Program-made: the position numbers and the translations under genes | NCBI GenBank assembly: GCA_012798315.1 | Contig: JAAZNL010000020.1 | Location: 1 to 55,578, forward strand | Direction of reading: 5' to 3' | DNA length: 55,578 bases | Source: a candidate division WWE3 bacterium | GTDB lineage: Bacteria; Patescibacteriota; WWE3; UBA101185; UBA10185 | The notes under the pieces: model-generated | The model's database searches: none | What the model saw: only the letters and a program-made list of their open reading frames with translations | Told to the model about the DNA's origin: nothing | Shown here: piece after piece, positions 28,653 to 37,683 of the stretch | How the letters are laid out: each line of letters begins with the position of its first letter | How positions within the stretch are numbered: the stretch's first letter is position 1

Positions 28653-28997
28653 ATGGATAAATCGCAGGTATACGCAAAACATTTAAAAGCTAGAATATCA
28701 CCAAAAAAGGTTGCTCCTGTAGCTGATCTTATCAGGGAAAAACCTTTACAGGAAGCTAAAGTGATATTGGCTTTTGATTCTACAAAAGCCGCTGAAATTT
28801 TACTTAAACTTTTAAAATCAGCCCAGGCAAATGCCACAAACAATGCGAAGCTGTCGGACAAAAATTTATTCGTATCTGAAGTTTGGGTTGGTGCCGGAAC
28901 AACTTACAAAAGAATGAGAGTTGGTTCCCGTTCCAGAAGTGCACCGATTTTTAAAAGAACCAGCAATATTTATTTAGGTTTATCGGAAAGGAAGTAG
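28653..28997 (+). CDS. rplV: 50S ribosomal protein L22
   Basis: AKHLKARISPKKVAPVADLIR. Operon position. Confidence 0.93.
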   Translation: MDKSQVYAKHLKARISPKKVAPVADLIREKPLQEAKVILAFDSTKAAEILLKLLKSAQANATNNAKLSDKNLFVSEVWVGAGTTYKRMRVGSRSRSAPIFKRTSNIYLGLSERK

Positions 28998-29004
28998 CCG
29001 CAAC

Positions 29005-29634
29005 ATGGGTCAGAAAATAAATCCAATTGGATTCAGAGTAGGCGTAACAAAAGACTGGTCTTCTAGATGGTATGCAGACAAAACTGCATATGCCGATAAA
29101 GCCTTAGAAGATATTAAAATCAGAAAGTTTTTGCAGGATAAATTAAGTACTGCAGGCTTAAAAACTGTAGAAATAGAAAGAACCGAAAACGAGATCAGCA
29201 TTATTATTAAGGTTTCAAAACCCGGTTTGGTTATTGGAAAAGGCGGAGCCGGAGTCGAAAGCCTGGAAAAAGAATTAAAAAAACTAACACCTTCAAAAAT
29301 TAAAATTACGGCAGAGGAAGTAAAAACCCCTGAAATTGAAGCTCAGCTCGTTGGAGAATATCTTTGCAGACAAATTAAAAAAAGAGTTCCTTACCGAAGA
29401 GTTGCTGTCTTTGCGATTAACTCCGCAATAGACAAAGGAGCAAAAGGAATAAAGATTAAATTAGCAGGTGTTTTGAGCGGAAGCAATACTATTTCGAGAT
29501 CCGAAGAATTCAGTTTGGGCTCAATACCTTTGCAGACACTCAGAGCAGATATTGATTATGCCCAAATTCACTGTAAACTGCTTTATGGCACAATCGGAAT
29601 TAAAGTGTGGGTATATAAGGGAGAAATAGCTTAA
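29005..29634 (+). CDS. rpsC: 30S ribosomal protein S3
   Basis: MGQKINPIGFRVGVTKDWSSRWYA and the KH domain GKGGAGVE. Confidence 0.95.
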   Translation: MGQKINPIGFRVGVTKDWSSRWYADKTAYADKALEDIKIRKFLQDKLSTAGLKTVEIERTENEISIIIKVSKPGLVIGKGGAGVESLEKELKKLTPSKIKITAEEVKTPEIEAQLVGEYLCRQIKKRVPYRRVAVFAINSAIDKGAKGIKIKLAGVLSGSNTISRSEEFSLGSIPLQTLRADIDYAQIHCKLLYGTIGIKVWVYKGEIA

Positions 29635-29652
29635 CGTTTACGGGAGAATCTT

Positions 29653-30060
29653 ATGTTATTACCTAATAAAGTAAAATTTAGAAAACAACAAAGAGGCATT
29701 AACAAAGGAATAGCAGTAAGAGGCTCATATATTGCCTTTGGTGAATACGCTTTAAAATCTGTTGATAGAGGATTACTTACCTCAAGGCAAATAGAGGCCG
29801 CAAGAAAAGCTGTTTCACATTTGACTAAAAGAGGCGGAAAACTATGGATAAGAGTTTTTCCTGACAAAGCTATCGCAAAGAAACCTGCAGAAACAAGAAT
29901 GGGAAGTGGAAAAGCTTTAACTGATCATTACGCAGCAGTTGTTAAACCGGGAAAAATTATTTTTGAGATTTCCGGTGTAAACAAGGAAACCGCCAAGGGT
30001 GCTATGAACCGGGCTGCTGCTAAACTGCCGTTAAAGACCAAGTTTATATCGAAGGAATAA
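29653..30060 (+). CDS. rplP: 50S ribosomal protein L16
   Basis: [15 protein letters not shown] and RMGSGKA motifs. Confidence 0.95.
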   Translation: MLLPNKVKFRKQQRGINKGIAVRGSYIAFGEYALKSVDRGLLTSRQIEAARKAVSHLTKRGGKLWIRVFPDKAIAKKPAETRMGSGKALTDHYAAVVKPGKIIFEISGVNKETAKGAMNRAAAKLPLKTKFISKE

Positions 30061-30061
30061 T

Positions 30062-30265
30062 ATGAAGACTTCAGAAATAAGAAACAAAACTGAAACTGAA
30101 TTAAAAGAACTATTACAAAAAATTAAAAAGGAATTGAGTGATAACCGAATGAATTGGGTGCAAGGTAAGGAAAAAAATAATAAAAAAGGTTTAATGTTGA
30201 GAAGACAAATAGCTAAGATAATAACTGTAATCAAAGAAAACAAAGTTTTACGAGGAGATAAATAA
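30062..30265 (+). CDS. rpmC: 50S ribosomal protein L29
   Basis: 67 aa. [21 protein letters not shown]. Operon position. Confidence 0.9.
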   Translation: MKTSEIRNKTETELKELLQKIKKELSDNRMNWVQGKEKNNKKGLMLRRQIAKIITVIKENKVLRGDK

Positions 30266-30510
30266 TGCCAAAAAGAATTTTTAAAGGAACCGTAGTTTCA
30301 GACAGTATGAATAAAACAGTAGTAGTATCTGTAAATGTTCCGAAAAAACACAGATTTTATGGTAAGGATATAAAAATAACTAAGAACTTAAAGGCACGCG
30401 ACGAGATTGGTGTAAAAACCGGAGATTATGTACAAATAGAAGAAACCAGACCAATGGGAAAGACTGTAAATTGGAAAGTTTTGGCAAAGTTAGGGGAAAT
30501 AAAGGAGTAA
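30265..30510 (+). CDS. rpsQ: 30S ribosomal protein S17
   Basis: GTVVSDSMNKTVVVSV...ETRPMGKTVNWKV. Confidence 0.93.
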   Translation: MPKRIFKGTVVSDSMNKTVVVSVNVPKKHRFYGKDIKITKNLKARDEIGVKTGDYVQIEETRPMGKTVNWKVLAKLGEIKE

Positions 30511-30511
30511 T

Positions 30512-30880
30512 ATGGTTCAGGTTGGAACAACATTAACACCCGCTGATAATTCAGGGGCAAAAAAACTAAAACTAATAGGTATACCAGGTGGTTCAAAGAT
30601 AAGATTCGCCCGCGCAGGTGATGTTGTAACCGTGTCTATTTACGGTGTTTCATCTACAGGTGTTGTTAAAGACCATACCGTTGCTACAGCGGTCATTGTC
30701 CGAACCAAAAAAGAGATAAGACGAAAAGATGGTAGTTACGTTAGGTTTTCTGATAACGCAGCGGTTTTAATACAAAAAGATAAAACTATGGTTGGTACCA
30801 GAATTTTTGGGCCGATCGCAAGAGAGATCAGAGACAAAGGATTTTTAAAAATAGCTTCTTTGGCTAAGGAGGTTTGGTAA
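30512..30880 (+). CDS. rplN: 50S ribosomal protein L14
   Basis: ADNSGAKKLKLIGIPGG and AVIVRTKKEIRRKDGSYVRFSDNA. Confidence 0.95.
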   Translation: MVQVGTTLTPADNSGAKKLKLIGIPGGSKIRFARAGDVVTVSIYGVSSTGVVKDHTVATAVIVRTKKEIRRKDGSYVRFSDNAAVLIQKDKTMVGTRIFGPIAREIRDKGFLKIASLAKEVW

Positions 30881-31233
30881 TGAGTAATTTTGAAAAAAAT
30901 GCAAAGCACCCGGTTCTTGGCAGTAAAATAAGAAAAGGTGACAAGGTATATGTCATTACGGGAAAAGACAAAGGTAAGACAGGAAGTGTTTTGCGGGTCT
31001 ACGGCAAAACAGGACGCGTACTTATACAGGGTATTAATCTTGTTAAAAAGCACGTTAAACCGGGCAAAGTGTCCAAAGAAGGTGGCATTATTAACGTTGA
31101 AAAGTCTATTGCAATTTCTAACGTTATGCTTTTTAATGATAAGCTTGATAGACCTGTAAGGCTTGGTTTTAAACTTGTAGACGCCAAAAAATACAGGTTA
31201 ATAAGAAAAAATGGTGAGGTATTAGAAAAATGA
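30880..31233 (+). CDS. rplX: 50S ribosomal protein L24
   Basis: KOW motif IRKGDKVYVITGKDKGKTGSVL. The ATG at 30880 (TAATG overlap with rplN, AAGGAGG upstream) is preferred over the track's TTG at 30874. Confidence 0.92.
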   Translation: MSNFEKNAKHPVLGSKIRKGDKVYVITGKDKGKTGSVLRVYGKTGRVLIQGINLVKKHVKPGKVSKEGGIINVEKSIAISNVMLFNDKLDRPVRLGFKLVDAKKYRLIRKNGEVLEK

Positions 31234-31781
31234 ACCGATTAAAGCAAAAATACATCGAAAAGATCGTACCGGCAATAAAAAAGGAATTTAAGTTACCTAA
31301 CGTGATGGTAGTTCCCAGATTACAGAAGATATCCATTAACGCCGGTATAGGCTCTTTTAGGGAAAACAGAGAAGCACTTGATACCTTTGTTGGTGAATTA
31401 GCTGCTATGGCAGGGCAAAAACCCTATCCAAGAGCTGCAAGGCTTTCTGAAGCCGGGTTTAAGGTTAGAAAAGGGGATGTTGTGGGCTATGCGGTAACAC
31501 TCAGAGGTGATAGAATGTGGGCATTCCTTGATAAGTTCATTAATATTGCCTTGCCTAGAGTAAGAGACTTTAGAGGTTTAAAGGACACAGCTTTTGATGA
31601 AGGTGGTAACTATTCCGTGGGTGTAAAAGAGCATGTTATATTTCCGGAAGTAAATGCTAACGTCACAAAAGGTATAAGAAGCATACAACTTACAATTGTT
31701 ACTAACAGCAAAAATAAGGATTTAAATAGATTTGTCTTAAAGGAATTGGGTATGCCTTTTAGAAAGGATACAAAAAACTAA
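31230..31781 (+). CDS. rplE: 50S ribosomal protein L5
   Basis: [20 protein letters not shown] and [10 protein letters not shown] motifs. Confidence 0.95.
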   Translation: MNRLKQKYIEKIVPAIKKEFKLPNVMVVPRLQKISINAGIGSFRENREALDTFVGELAAMAGQKPYPRAARLSEAGFKVRKGDVVGYAVTLRGDRMWAFLDKFINIALPRVRDFRGLKDTAFDEGGNYSVGVKEHVIFPEVNANVTKGIRSIQLTIVTNSKNKDLNRFVLKELGMPFRKDTKN

Positions 31782-31782
31782 T

Positions 31783-31968
31783 ATGGCTAAGATATCGATG
31801 ATTGAAAAACAGAAAAAAGTTCAGAAGTTTAGTGTGAGGAATTATCACAGATGTCCTTTGTGTGGTAGTCCTAGAGGTTATTACAATAGATTTAAAATGT
31901 GCAGAAAATGTTTTAGAGAACTTGCTCACAAAGGAGAGCTACCCGGCGTAAAAAAGTCCAGCTGGTAA
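31783..31968 (+). CDS. rpsN: 30S ribosomal protein S14, zinc-binding type Z
   Basis: 61 aa with [23 protein letters not shown] (CxxC...CxxC). Confidence 0.93.
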   Translation: MAKISMIEKQKKVQKFSVRNYHRCPLCGSPRGYYNRFKMCRKCFRELAHKGELPGVKKSSW

Positions 31969-31975
31969 AAATACT

Positions 31976-32368
31976 ATGGATAGAATATCTAACATGTTAA
32001 CTACAATTAAAAACGCAATAAAAGCTGAAAAAGCCTATGTGGAAGTTATACATAGTGGACACGCTGAAAAAATTGCAAAAATAATAAAAGCTAAGGGTTT
32101 TATAAAAGATGTAAAAGTATTTAAACCGGAAGGATCCCATTTTAAAAAACTAAGAATTGATTTTGATTACGAAGGTTCAACGCCAATTTTGGACGACATA
32201 AAGATAATTTCAAAACCTGGCAGAAGAATATATAAATCTGCTGCTGAGCTAAAATCAGTAGCTGCCGGTTATGGTGTACAGGTAGTATCAACATCGCGTG
32301 GAGTTATGAGTTCAGAAGAAGCTAAAAAGAAAAAACTGGGTGGTGAAGTTATTTGTGAGGTCAGATAA
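31976..32368 (+). CDS. rpsH: 30S ribosomal protein S8
   Basis: DRISNMLTTIKNA N-terminus and GGEVICEV C-terminus. Confidence 0.95.
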   Translation: MDRISNMLTTIKNAIKAEKAYVEVIHSGHAEKIAKIIKAKGFIKDVKVFKPEGSHFKKLRIDFDYEGSTPILDDIKIISKPGRRIYKSAAELKSVAAGYGVQVVSTSRGVMSSEEAKKKKLGGEVICEVR

Positions 32369-32370
32369 AT

Positions 32371-32913
32371 ATGTCTCGTATAGGAAATAAACCAATTGAA
32401 TTACCGACAGGCGTTACTTTAACAGTAGAAAAAAATCTAGTTAAGGTAAAAGGACCTAAAGGTGAATTAGAATATGCGTTGCGACCTGAGGTTAAACTTA
32501 AGGTTGAAGGTAACATGGTAACAGTAGAACAAATAATTGAATCACGAAACACCAGCGCATTTATGGGATTAACCAGAGCCTTGATAAATAACATGGTGAA
32601 TGGTGTAACCACAGGATATGAAAAAAAACTAGAATTAGTCGGTGTGGGTTACAGAGCAAAACAGGATAGCCCCACAAAAATGACAATGACTTTGGGTTTT
32701 TCTCACCCGGTAGTAATTGACACACCAAAAGGTGTTACTTTGGAAGTTACTGATAATGTAAACATTCTCATTAAGGGAATAGATAAACAGTTAGTTGGTT
32801 TGGTTGCTTCTAAGATTAGAAAATTGCGAAAACCTGAACCGTACAAGGGTAAAGGCATAAAATACGAAGGTGAAGTTATAAGAAGAAAGCAGGGAAAGTC
32901 CGGAAAGGTATGA
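32371..32913 (+). CDS. rplF: 50S ribosomal protein L6
   Basis: MSRIGNKPIELPTGVT and EPYKGKGIKYEGE motifs. Ends with tandem TGA TGA. Confidence 0.95.
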   Translation: MSRIGNKPIELPTGVTLTVEKNLVKVKGPKGELEYALRPEVKLKVEGNMVTVEQIIESRNTSAFMGLTRALINNMVNGVTTGYEKKLELVGVGYRAKQDSPTKMTMTLGFSHPVVIDTPKGVTLEVTDNVNILIKGIDKQLVGLVASKIRKLRKPEPYKGKGIKYEGEVIRRKQGKSGKV

Positions 32914-32920
32914 TGAAAAT

Positions 32921-33280
32921 ATGTATAAAGTCGTATTAAGAAAAACAAGAAGAGCCCGTCGAAAACTGGGAATAAGAAAAGACATAAGAGGAACTGCGGA
33001 AAGACCAAGACTAACCGTATTTAGGTCTAATAAACACATTTATGCGCAGATCATAAACGATGACAAAGGTATGACCGTTGCCTCCGTAGGATCTGATCCC
33101 AAAGTTACAAAGAAACCTACTACAAAAAGTGAAGAGGCATTTACTTTAGGTAAAGAATTAGCGACAAAAGCTGTTAAATTAAAAATTAAAGAAGTGGTTT
33201 TTGACAGAAATGGTTACAGATATCATGGTAGAGTTAAACAACTTGCCGATGGAGCCCGCGAAGGAGGATTAATATTATGA
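32921..33280 (+). CDS. rplR: 50S ribosomal protein L18
   Basis: RPRLTVFRSNKHIYAQII and FDRNGYRYHGRVKQLADGAREGGL. Confidence 0.95.
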   Translation: MYKVVLRKTRRARRKLGIRKDIRGTAERPRLTVFRSNKHIYAQIINDDKGMTVASVGSDPKVTKKPTTKSEEAFTLGKELATKAVKLKIKEVVFDRNGYRYHGRVKQLADGAREGGLIL

Positions 33281-33735
33281 GAGATAACAATAACCAAAGA
33301 GAACGAGATAACGAGTTTGTAGAACGAGTTATTCAAATAAAAAGGGTTTCAAAAAAAACTTCGGGTGGCAACACCATTAGTTTTGCGGCTCTTGTGGTTG
33401 TAGGCGACATGAAAGGCCAGGTAGGAGTCGGTTACGGCAAAGCCCGCGATGTATCTACCGCAATAGCTAAAGGAATTGGTAGTGCTAAGAAAAGCCTGGT
33501 AAAAGTTCCGATTAACAACGGTACAATTTCTCACGAGATTGAAGATTCTTATGGCTCAGCGCACGTTTTATTGAAACCATCTTCGCAAGGAGCCGGTGTT
33601 ATTGCAGGCGGTACGGTAAGAATTGTTGTTGAACTAGCCGGTATAAAAGATATATCAGCGAAGATGTTAGGTTCCAGCAACAAAATTTGTAATATTCGCT
33701 GCACAATAAATGCACTTAGTAAACTTAAAAAGTGA
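33277..33735 (+). CDS. rpsE: 30S ribosomal protein S5
   Basis: VIQIKRVSKKTSGGNTISFAALVVVGDMKGQVGVGYGKA. Confidence 0.95.
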   Translation: MRDNNNQRERDNEFVERVIQIKRVSKKTSGGNTISFAALVVVGDMKGQVGVGYGKARDVSTAIAKGIGSAKKSLVKVPINNGTISHEIEDSYGSAHVLLKPSSQGAGVIAGGTVRIVVELAGIKDISAKMLGSSNKICNIRCTINALSKLKK

Positions 33736-33748
33736 TTGAGGAACATAT

Positions 33749-34201
33749 ATGGAATTAGAAAAATTAGAAAAATTACAAGGAAAGAAAAGAAAAAGTAAAA
33801 GAGTAGGACGCGGTATAGGCAGTGGTAAAGGCGGCCATACAGTTGGTAAAGGCCAAAAAGGTCAAAAGTCCAGGTCAGGCGCAAAGCCCGGTATAGGTTT
33901 TGAGGGTGGACAGGTCCCACTATATAAGAGATTACCTCAACTTGGTGGATTTAGCAGAAAATATATGTCTAAAATTTTTACTGTAGGTTTAGATGTGTTT
34001 AACATTTTCGATGACAACACAGAGGTAAGTCCCTTAGAATTGGTAGAACATAGAATTTTACGGGGACTTACTAAAAAGAATTTTAGTGTGAAAATTCTAG
34101 GAAATGGTCAATTAACTAAAAAATTAACTTTTAAAGGTTTTGACTACTCGGAAAAAGCTAGAGAATCAATTGAAAAATCAGGATCTAAAATAACCGAGTA
34201 A
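33749..34201 (+). CDS. rplO: 50S ribosomal protein L15
   Basis: KRVGRGIGSGKGGHTVGKGQKGQKSRSG. It starts 13 nt after rpsE, which leaves no room for an rpmD gene. Confidence 0.95.
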   Translation: MELEKLEKLQGKKRKSKRVGRGIGSGKGGHTVGKGQKGQKSRSGAKPGIGFEGGQVPLYKRLPQLGGFSRKYMSKIFTVGLDVFNIFDDNTEVSPLELVEHRILRGLTKKNFSVKILGNGQLTKKLTFKGFDYSEKARESIEKSGSKITE

Positions 34202-34215
34202 TGTCGCTTCGGTAA

Positions 34216-35475
34216 ATGGTAGCTAACTTTTTAAAAAACGCTGAAATACGCAAAAAGCTCGCGATAACCGCTATTTTGATAGTAGTGTTTCGTTTAGTGG
34301 CGCATGTCCCCGTTCCCGGAATTGACTTAAACGCAATCCGTTCTTACATCCAAGGTAACGCTTTTTTTGGTCTTCTTGACCTCTTTAGTGGTGGTGGCTT
34401 TCAAAACTTTTCGATCGCTACACTTGGATTAGCCCCATATATTAATGTATCTATAGCTATGCAGCTTTTGACTATGATGATTCCTTCGTTAGAAGAGTTA
34501 CAAAAAGAAGGAGAGTATGGTCGTGAAAAGATAAATATGTATACCAAACTTCTCACCGTGCCTATGTCAATGATCCAGGGTTACGGAATTTATTTTTGGT
34601 TAAATCGACAAGGTGTTATACGTACTTTATCTCCGTTGGATTTAATTATTTTTGTTCTTACTTTAACTGCCGGTGCTATTTTACTGGTATGGCTCGGTGA
34701 ATTGATTTCAGAGTACGGAATCGGCAACGGTATATCATTGTTAATATTTGTGGGTATTATTAGCCAATTACCTGCAGGTATAACCGGATATTTAGCCTCG
34801 GTGACTTCTTATAATTTTGGTAATACACTATTATTTGTAGCGTTATCCTTGGCGGTAATAGTTGCTGTAGTACTGATTAACGAAGGCACACGAAATGTTT
34901 CCATTGAATACGGAAGAAGCGGCGTAAGGTCAGAAAAAATATCCAATTTTTTACCGATCAAAGTTAACCAGGCCGGTGTTATTCCAATAATCTTTGCGGT
35001 TTCGCTTGTTCTAATTCCTTCTATGATAAGCGGCCCACTGCAGACGTCTTCCAACGGTTTAGCGCAAAAAGCGGGTTATTTTTTGGCGCAAAACTTTAAC
35101 GCAAATTCAGTAGGGTACAACGTTTTATATTTTCTTTTAGTTGTCGGATTTACGTATTTTTACACCTCGGTTCAGTTTAATTCCGAAAAAGTAGCCGATG
35201 ATATTAAAAAACGCGGTGGATTTATTCCGGGGATACGCCCGGGAAAATCTACAGCAGACTTTTTAAAGGCGATTGTTAATAGAATTACGTTTACTGGTGC
35301 TCTTTTTCTTGGTGTTATCGCTATTTTGCCTTATTTAGTGCAAAAATATATAGGTGTCTCAAATTTATCTATTGGCGGTACAGGATTACTTATTGTGGTT
35401 TCAGTAGTACTAGAAACTGTGAGGCAAATGGAATCGTTGATGGTAACCAGAAATTATGATAGTTTTTTGAGGTAA
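34216..35475 (+). CDS. secY: Preprotein translocase subunit SecY
   Basis: 419 aa and 10 TM segments. LGLAPYINVSIAMQLL and GGFIPGIRPG motifs. Confidence 0.96.
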   Translation: MVANFLKNAEIRKKLAITAILIVVFRLVAHVPVPGIDLNAIRSYIQGNAFFGLLDLFSGGGFQNFSIATLGLAPYINVSIAMQLLTMMIPSLEELQKEGEYGREKINMYTKLLTVPMSMIQGYGIYFWLNRQGVIRTLSPLDLIIFVLTLTAGAILLVWLGELISEYGIGNGISLLIFVGIISQLPAGITGYLASVTSYNFGNTLLFVALSLAVIVAVVLINEGTRNVSIEYGRSGVRSEKISNFLPIKVNQAGVIPIIFAVSLVLIPSMISGPLQTSSNGLAQKAGYFLAQNFNANSVGYNVLYFLLVVGFTYFYTSVQFNSEKVADDIKKRGGFIPGIRPGKSTADFLKAIVNRITFTGALFLGVIAILPYLVQKYIGVSNLSIGGTGLLIVVSVVLETVRQMESLMVTRNYDSFLR

Positions 35476-35476
35476 T

Positions 35477-35746
35477 ATGTTCGATAAAATTAAAGACATA
35501 GCTAAATGGAAAAAATTACAGGACGAAGTTAAAAAACAGCAAGAACAGGTTTTTGCAAGCGTTGAAAAAAAAGGTTACAAGATTGTGGTACGTGGTGATA
35601 AACGTATTGAAAAGATCGAAATAGACGGTGAAGAATATAAAGAACTCAGGGATGTGCTTAACGAAACTTTAAAAGAAGTAGATAAGAAACTGGAAAAAAA
35701 ACTCAGAGGACAAGCAGGAGACCTGGGTATTCCAGGACTCCAATAA
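35477..35746 (+). CDS. YbaB/EbfC-like nucleoid-associated protein (small coiled-coil DNA-binding protein)
   Basis: 89 aa. N-terminal K/Q-rich helix (KLQDEVKKQQEQV), a central beta segment (YKIVVRGDKRIEKIEIDGE) and a C-terminal GDLGIPGL tail. This resembles the YbaB family pattern as remembered. Confidence 0.55.
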   Translation: MFDKIKDIAKWKKLQDEVKKQQEQVFASVEKKGYKIVVRGDKRIEKIEIDGEEYKELRDVLNETLKEVDKKLEKKLRGQAGDLGIPGLQ

Positions 35747-35778
35747 TAAAGAGCTTTGCAAATTTATAAGGAGCTGCC

Positions 35779-36408
35779 ATGATTTTTGTAATGATGGGTC
35801 CGCAAGCATGCGGAAAGGGAACTCAAGGGCGTATGTTAAGCGCCGCTTTAGGAATTCCTTTGGTAACAAATGGTGAACTGCTTCGCAACCTTTCCGATAC
35901 ACATCCGTATAAAAAACTAATCTCATCTCAAATGAATAAAGGGGAATTAGTAGACCAAAAATTTGTGGCCCAGATTATTAAAGATAGAATATCCAAACCC
36001 GACTGTGCTAACGGTTATATTTTAGATGGCTGGATGAGGAAAGATATTGATCTGGATTATTTTTATCCCCCATTGGACTACGTAATCCTGATAACTCTAC
36101 CCAGGGAAGAATCGTTAAAAAGGATTTCAGGCAGACGAGTTTGTGATCTAGATGGAAAAACCGTAAACATACTGACTCAGGATCCCGAAGAATTTGAATA
36201 CTGCGACGGGCATTTATCCCAGCGTCCCGATGATAACGAGAATGCCGTGAACCGCAGACTTGATATTTTTTATACGGATACGATGCATGTTATTAACCAG
36301 TTTAAGGCTAAAAACAAGGTGATTGAAGTTTCAGGGCTCGGAACGCCCGAAGAAGTTTTTTCGCGTATAGAGGAACAATTAGTAAAAAAAGGCGTTCCTC
36401 TACAATAG
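35779..36408 (+). CDS. adk: Adenylate kinase
   Basis: P-loop GPQACGKGTQ, DGWMR (the family's DGFPR equivalent), and lid GRRVCDLDG...YCDGHLSQRPDD. Confidence 0.9.
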   Translation: MIFVMMGPQACGKGTQGRMLSAALGIPLVTNGELLRNLSDTHPYKKLISSQMNKGELVDQKFVAQIIKDRISKPDCANGYILDGWMRKDIDLDYFYPPLDYVILITLPREESLKRISGRRVCDLDGKTVNILTQDPEEFEYCDGHLSQRPDDNENAVNRRLDIFYTDTMHVINQFKAKNKVIEVSGLGTPEEVFSRIEEQLVKKGVPLQ

Positions 36409-36436
36409 AAAGCCATTCTCGAGTATAATTTGTGTA

Positions 36437-37423
36437 ATGTCCAAAGATTTGTCAAAGAGGGATGATCTTGTTGTAGATTGGCGACGGGATTATCACGCAG
36501 TAGAAAAATATAGATTTATACACCGTTTTTTACCCAGCGCTGAGGAAAACAAGCGTTCCGTTTTGTTGTCCACAAAGTCATTAATAGTGTATTGCGCCTT
36601 AGTATTAATTATAACCGGATTGTTCAGAGTAATTCCCTTAATCTTTCCCAATGTTCTTGGTTTCGCAACCAACATAAATGTTTCCGATTTGCTTACAGAG
36701 ACTAACAAAAAAAGATCGGAATTTGGGCTATCGTCCCTCAAATACAGCAATACTCTCTCCGAAGCCGCAAAGAAAAAGGCCGAACACATGTTTCAAAATA
36801 ACTATTGGGCGCATGTTGCGCCTGATGGTACAGAACCATGGGATTTTATATTGGGTGAAAATTATGACTATATTTATGCCGGAGAAAATCTGGCAAAAAA
36901 CTTTAATACATCGGGAGATGTGGTAGACGCCTGGTACAATTCCCCATCACATAAGGAAAATTTGCTAAATAAAAACTACACGGAAATGGGTTTTGCGATT
37001 GTGGACGGAAAATTAAATGGCTACGAAACAACACTTGTCGTTCAAATGTTCGGTAAACCAAGATTGCCGGTACAGGTGGCCGAGGTTTCGGAAGATAAAC
37101 CGGCCGTGGAAATGAACCCGGTTCCTGCGGAGGAAACCCCTGAAGTTGTTCCTGTCCCGGCGGACTCAAATGTAGAACCGGCGGCTAAACCCGTGTATCA
37201 GGAGCCAGGCGCGGTAAAACCCCTAATGGATGTAAGAATGGCATCAAGATGGCTTACCTTAATAATGGGTGGTTTTGTGGCATTCCTGCTAGGTCTTGAT
37301 GTTTGGTACAGCAGTAAAAAGGGTATTATTAAACTGGGGGGACATACCATTGTGCACCTTTCATTCCTGATTCTGGCTTTGGTTGGTATCTGGATTGTCT
37401 TAGTGCCCGGGAGTATTCTTTAA
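36437..37423 (+). CDS. Membrane-anchored CAP/SCP (YkwD-like) domain protein
   Basis: N-terminal TM segment. CAP motifs NYWAHVAPDG, GENLAKNF and WYNSPSHKENLL. Pro/Glu/Val-rich linker followed by two C-terminal TM segments. Confidence 0.75.
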   Translation: MSKDLSKRDDLVVDWRRDYHAVEKYRFIHRFLPSAEENKRSVLLSTKSLIVYCALVLIITGLFRVIPLIFPNVLGFATNINVSDLLTETNKKRSEFGLSSLKYSNTLSEAAKKKAEHMFQNNYWAHVAPDGTEPWDFILGENYDYIYAGENLAKNFNTSGDVVDAWYNSPSHKENLLNKNYTEMGFAIVDGKLNGYETTLVVQMFGKPRLPVQVAEVSEDKPAVEMNPVPAEETPEVVPVPADSNVEPAAKPVYQEPGAVKPLMDVRMASRWLTLIMGGFVAFLLGLDVWYSSKKGIIKLGGHTIVHLSFLILALVGIWIVLVPGSIL

Positions 37424-37425
37424 GT

Positions 37426-37683
37426 ATGAATGAAAAAGAAAGGCATTTGGCAGAATATTTGGTCTTTGGAGTATTGGGCATAGCTCTTTTGATTGCATTC
37501 ATAGCTTTTCGGGAAAATCGGGGAATTTTAAGAGTAATTTCGGGCCTAGAGTCGTTACTTTATGTTTTATGGGGTATAATTCATCATAGCCGAGAAGACA
37601 GACTGAGTAAGGAAATTGTATCTGAATATATTCTTTTGGGTACTTTTGTTTTCCTGCTATTATTAACTGCCCTTAGTATATGA
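37426..37683 (+). CDS. Small membrane protein of unknown function (3 predicted TM segments)
   Basis: 85-aa hydrophobic ORF. It starts 2 nt after the CAP gene stop and overlaps the next gene by ATGA, which suggests coupled translation. Confidence 0.5.
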   Translation: MNEKERHLAEYLVFGVLGIALLIAFIAFRENRGILRVISGLESLLYVLWGIIHHSREDRLSKEIVSEYILLGTFVFLLLLTALSI

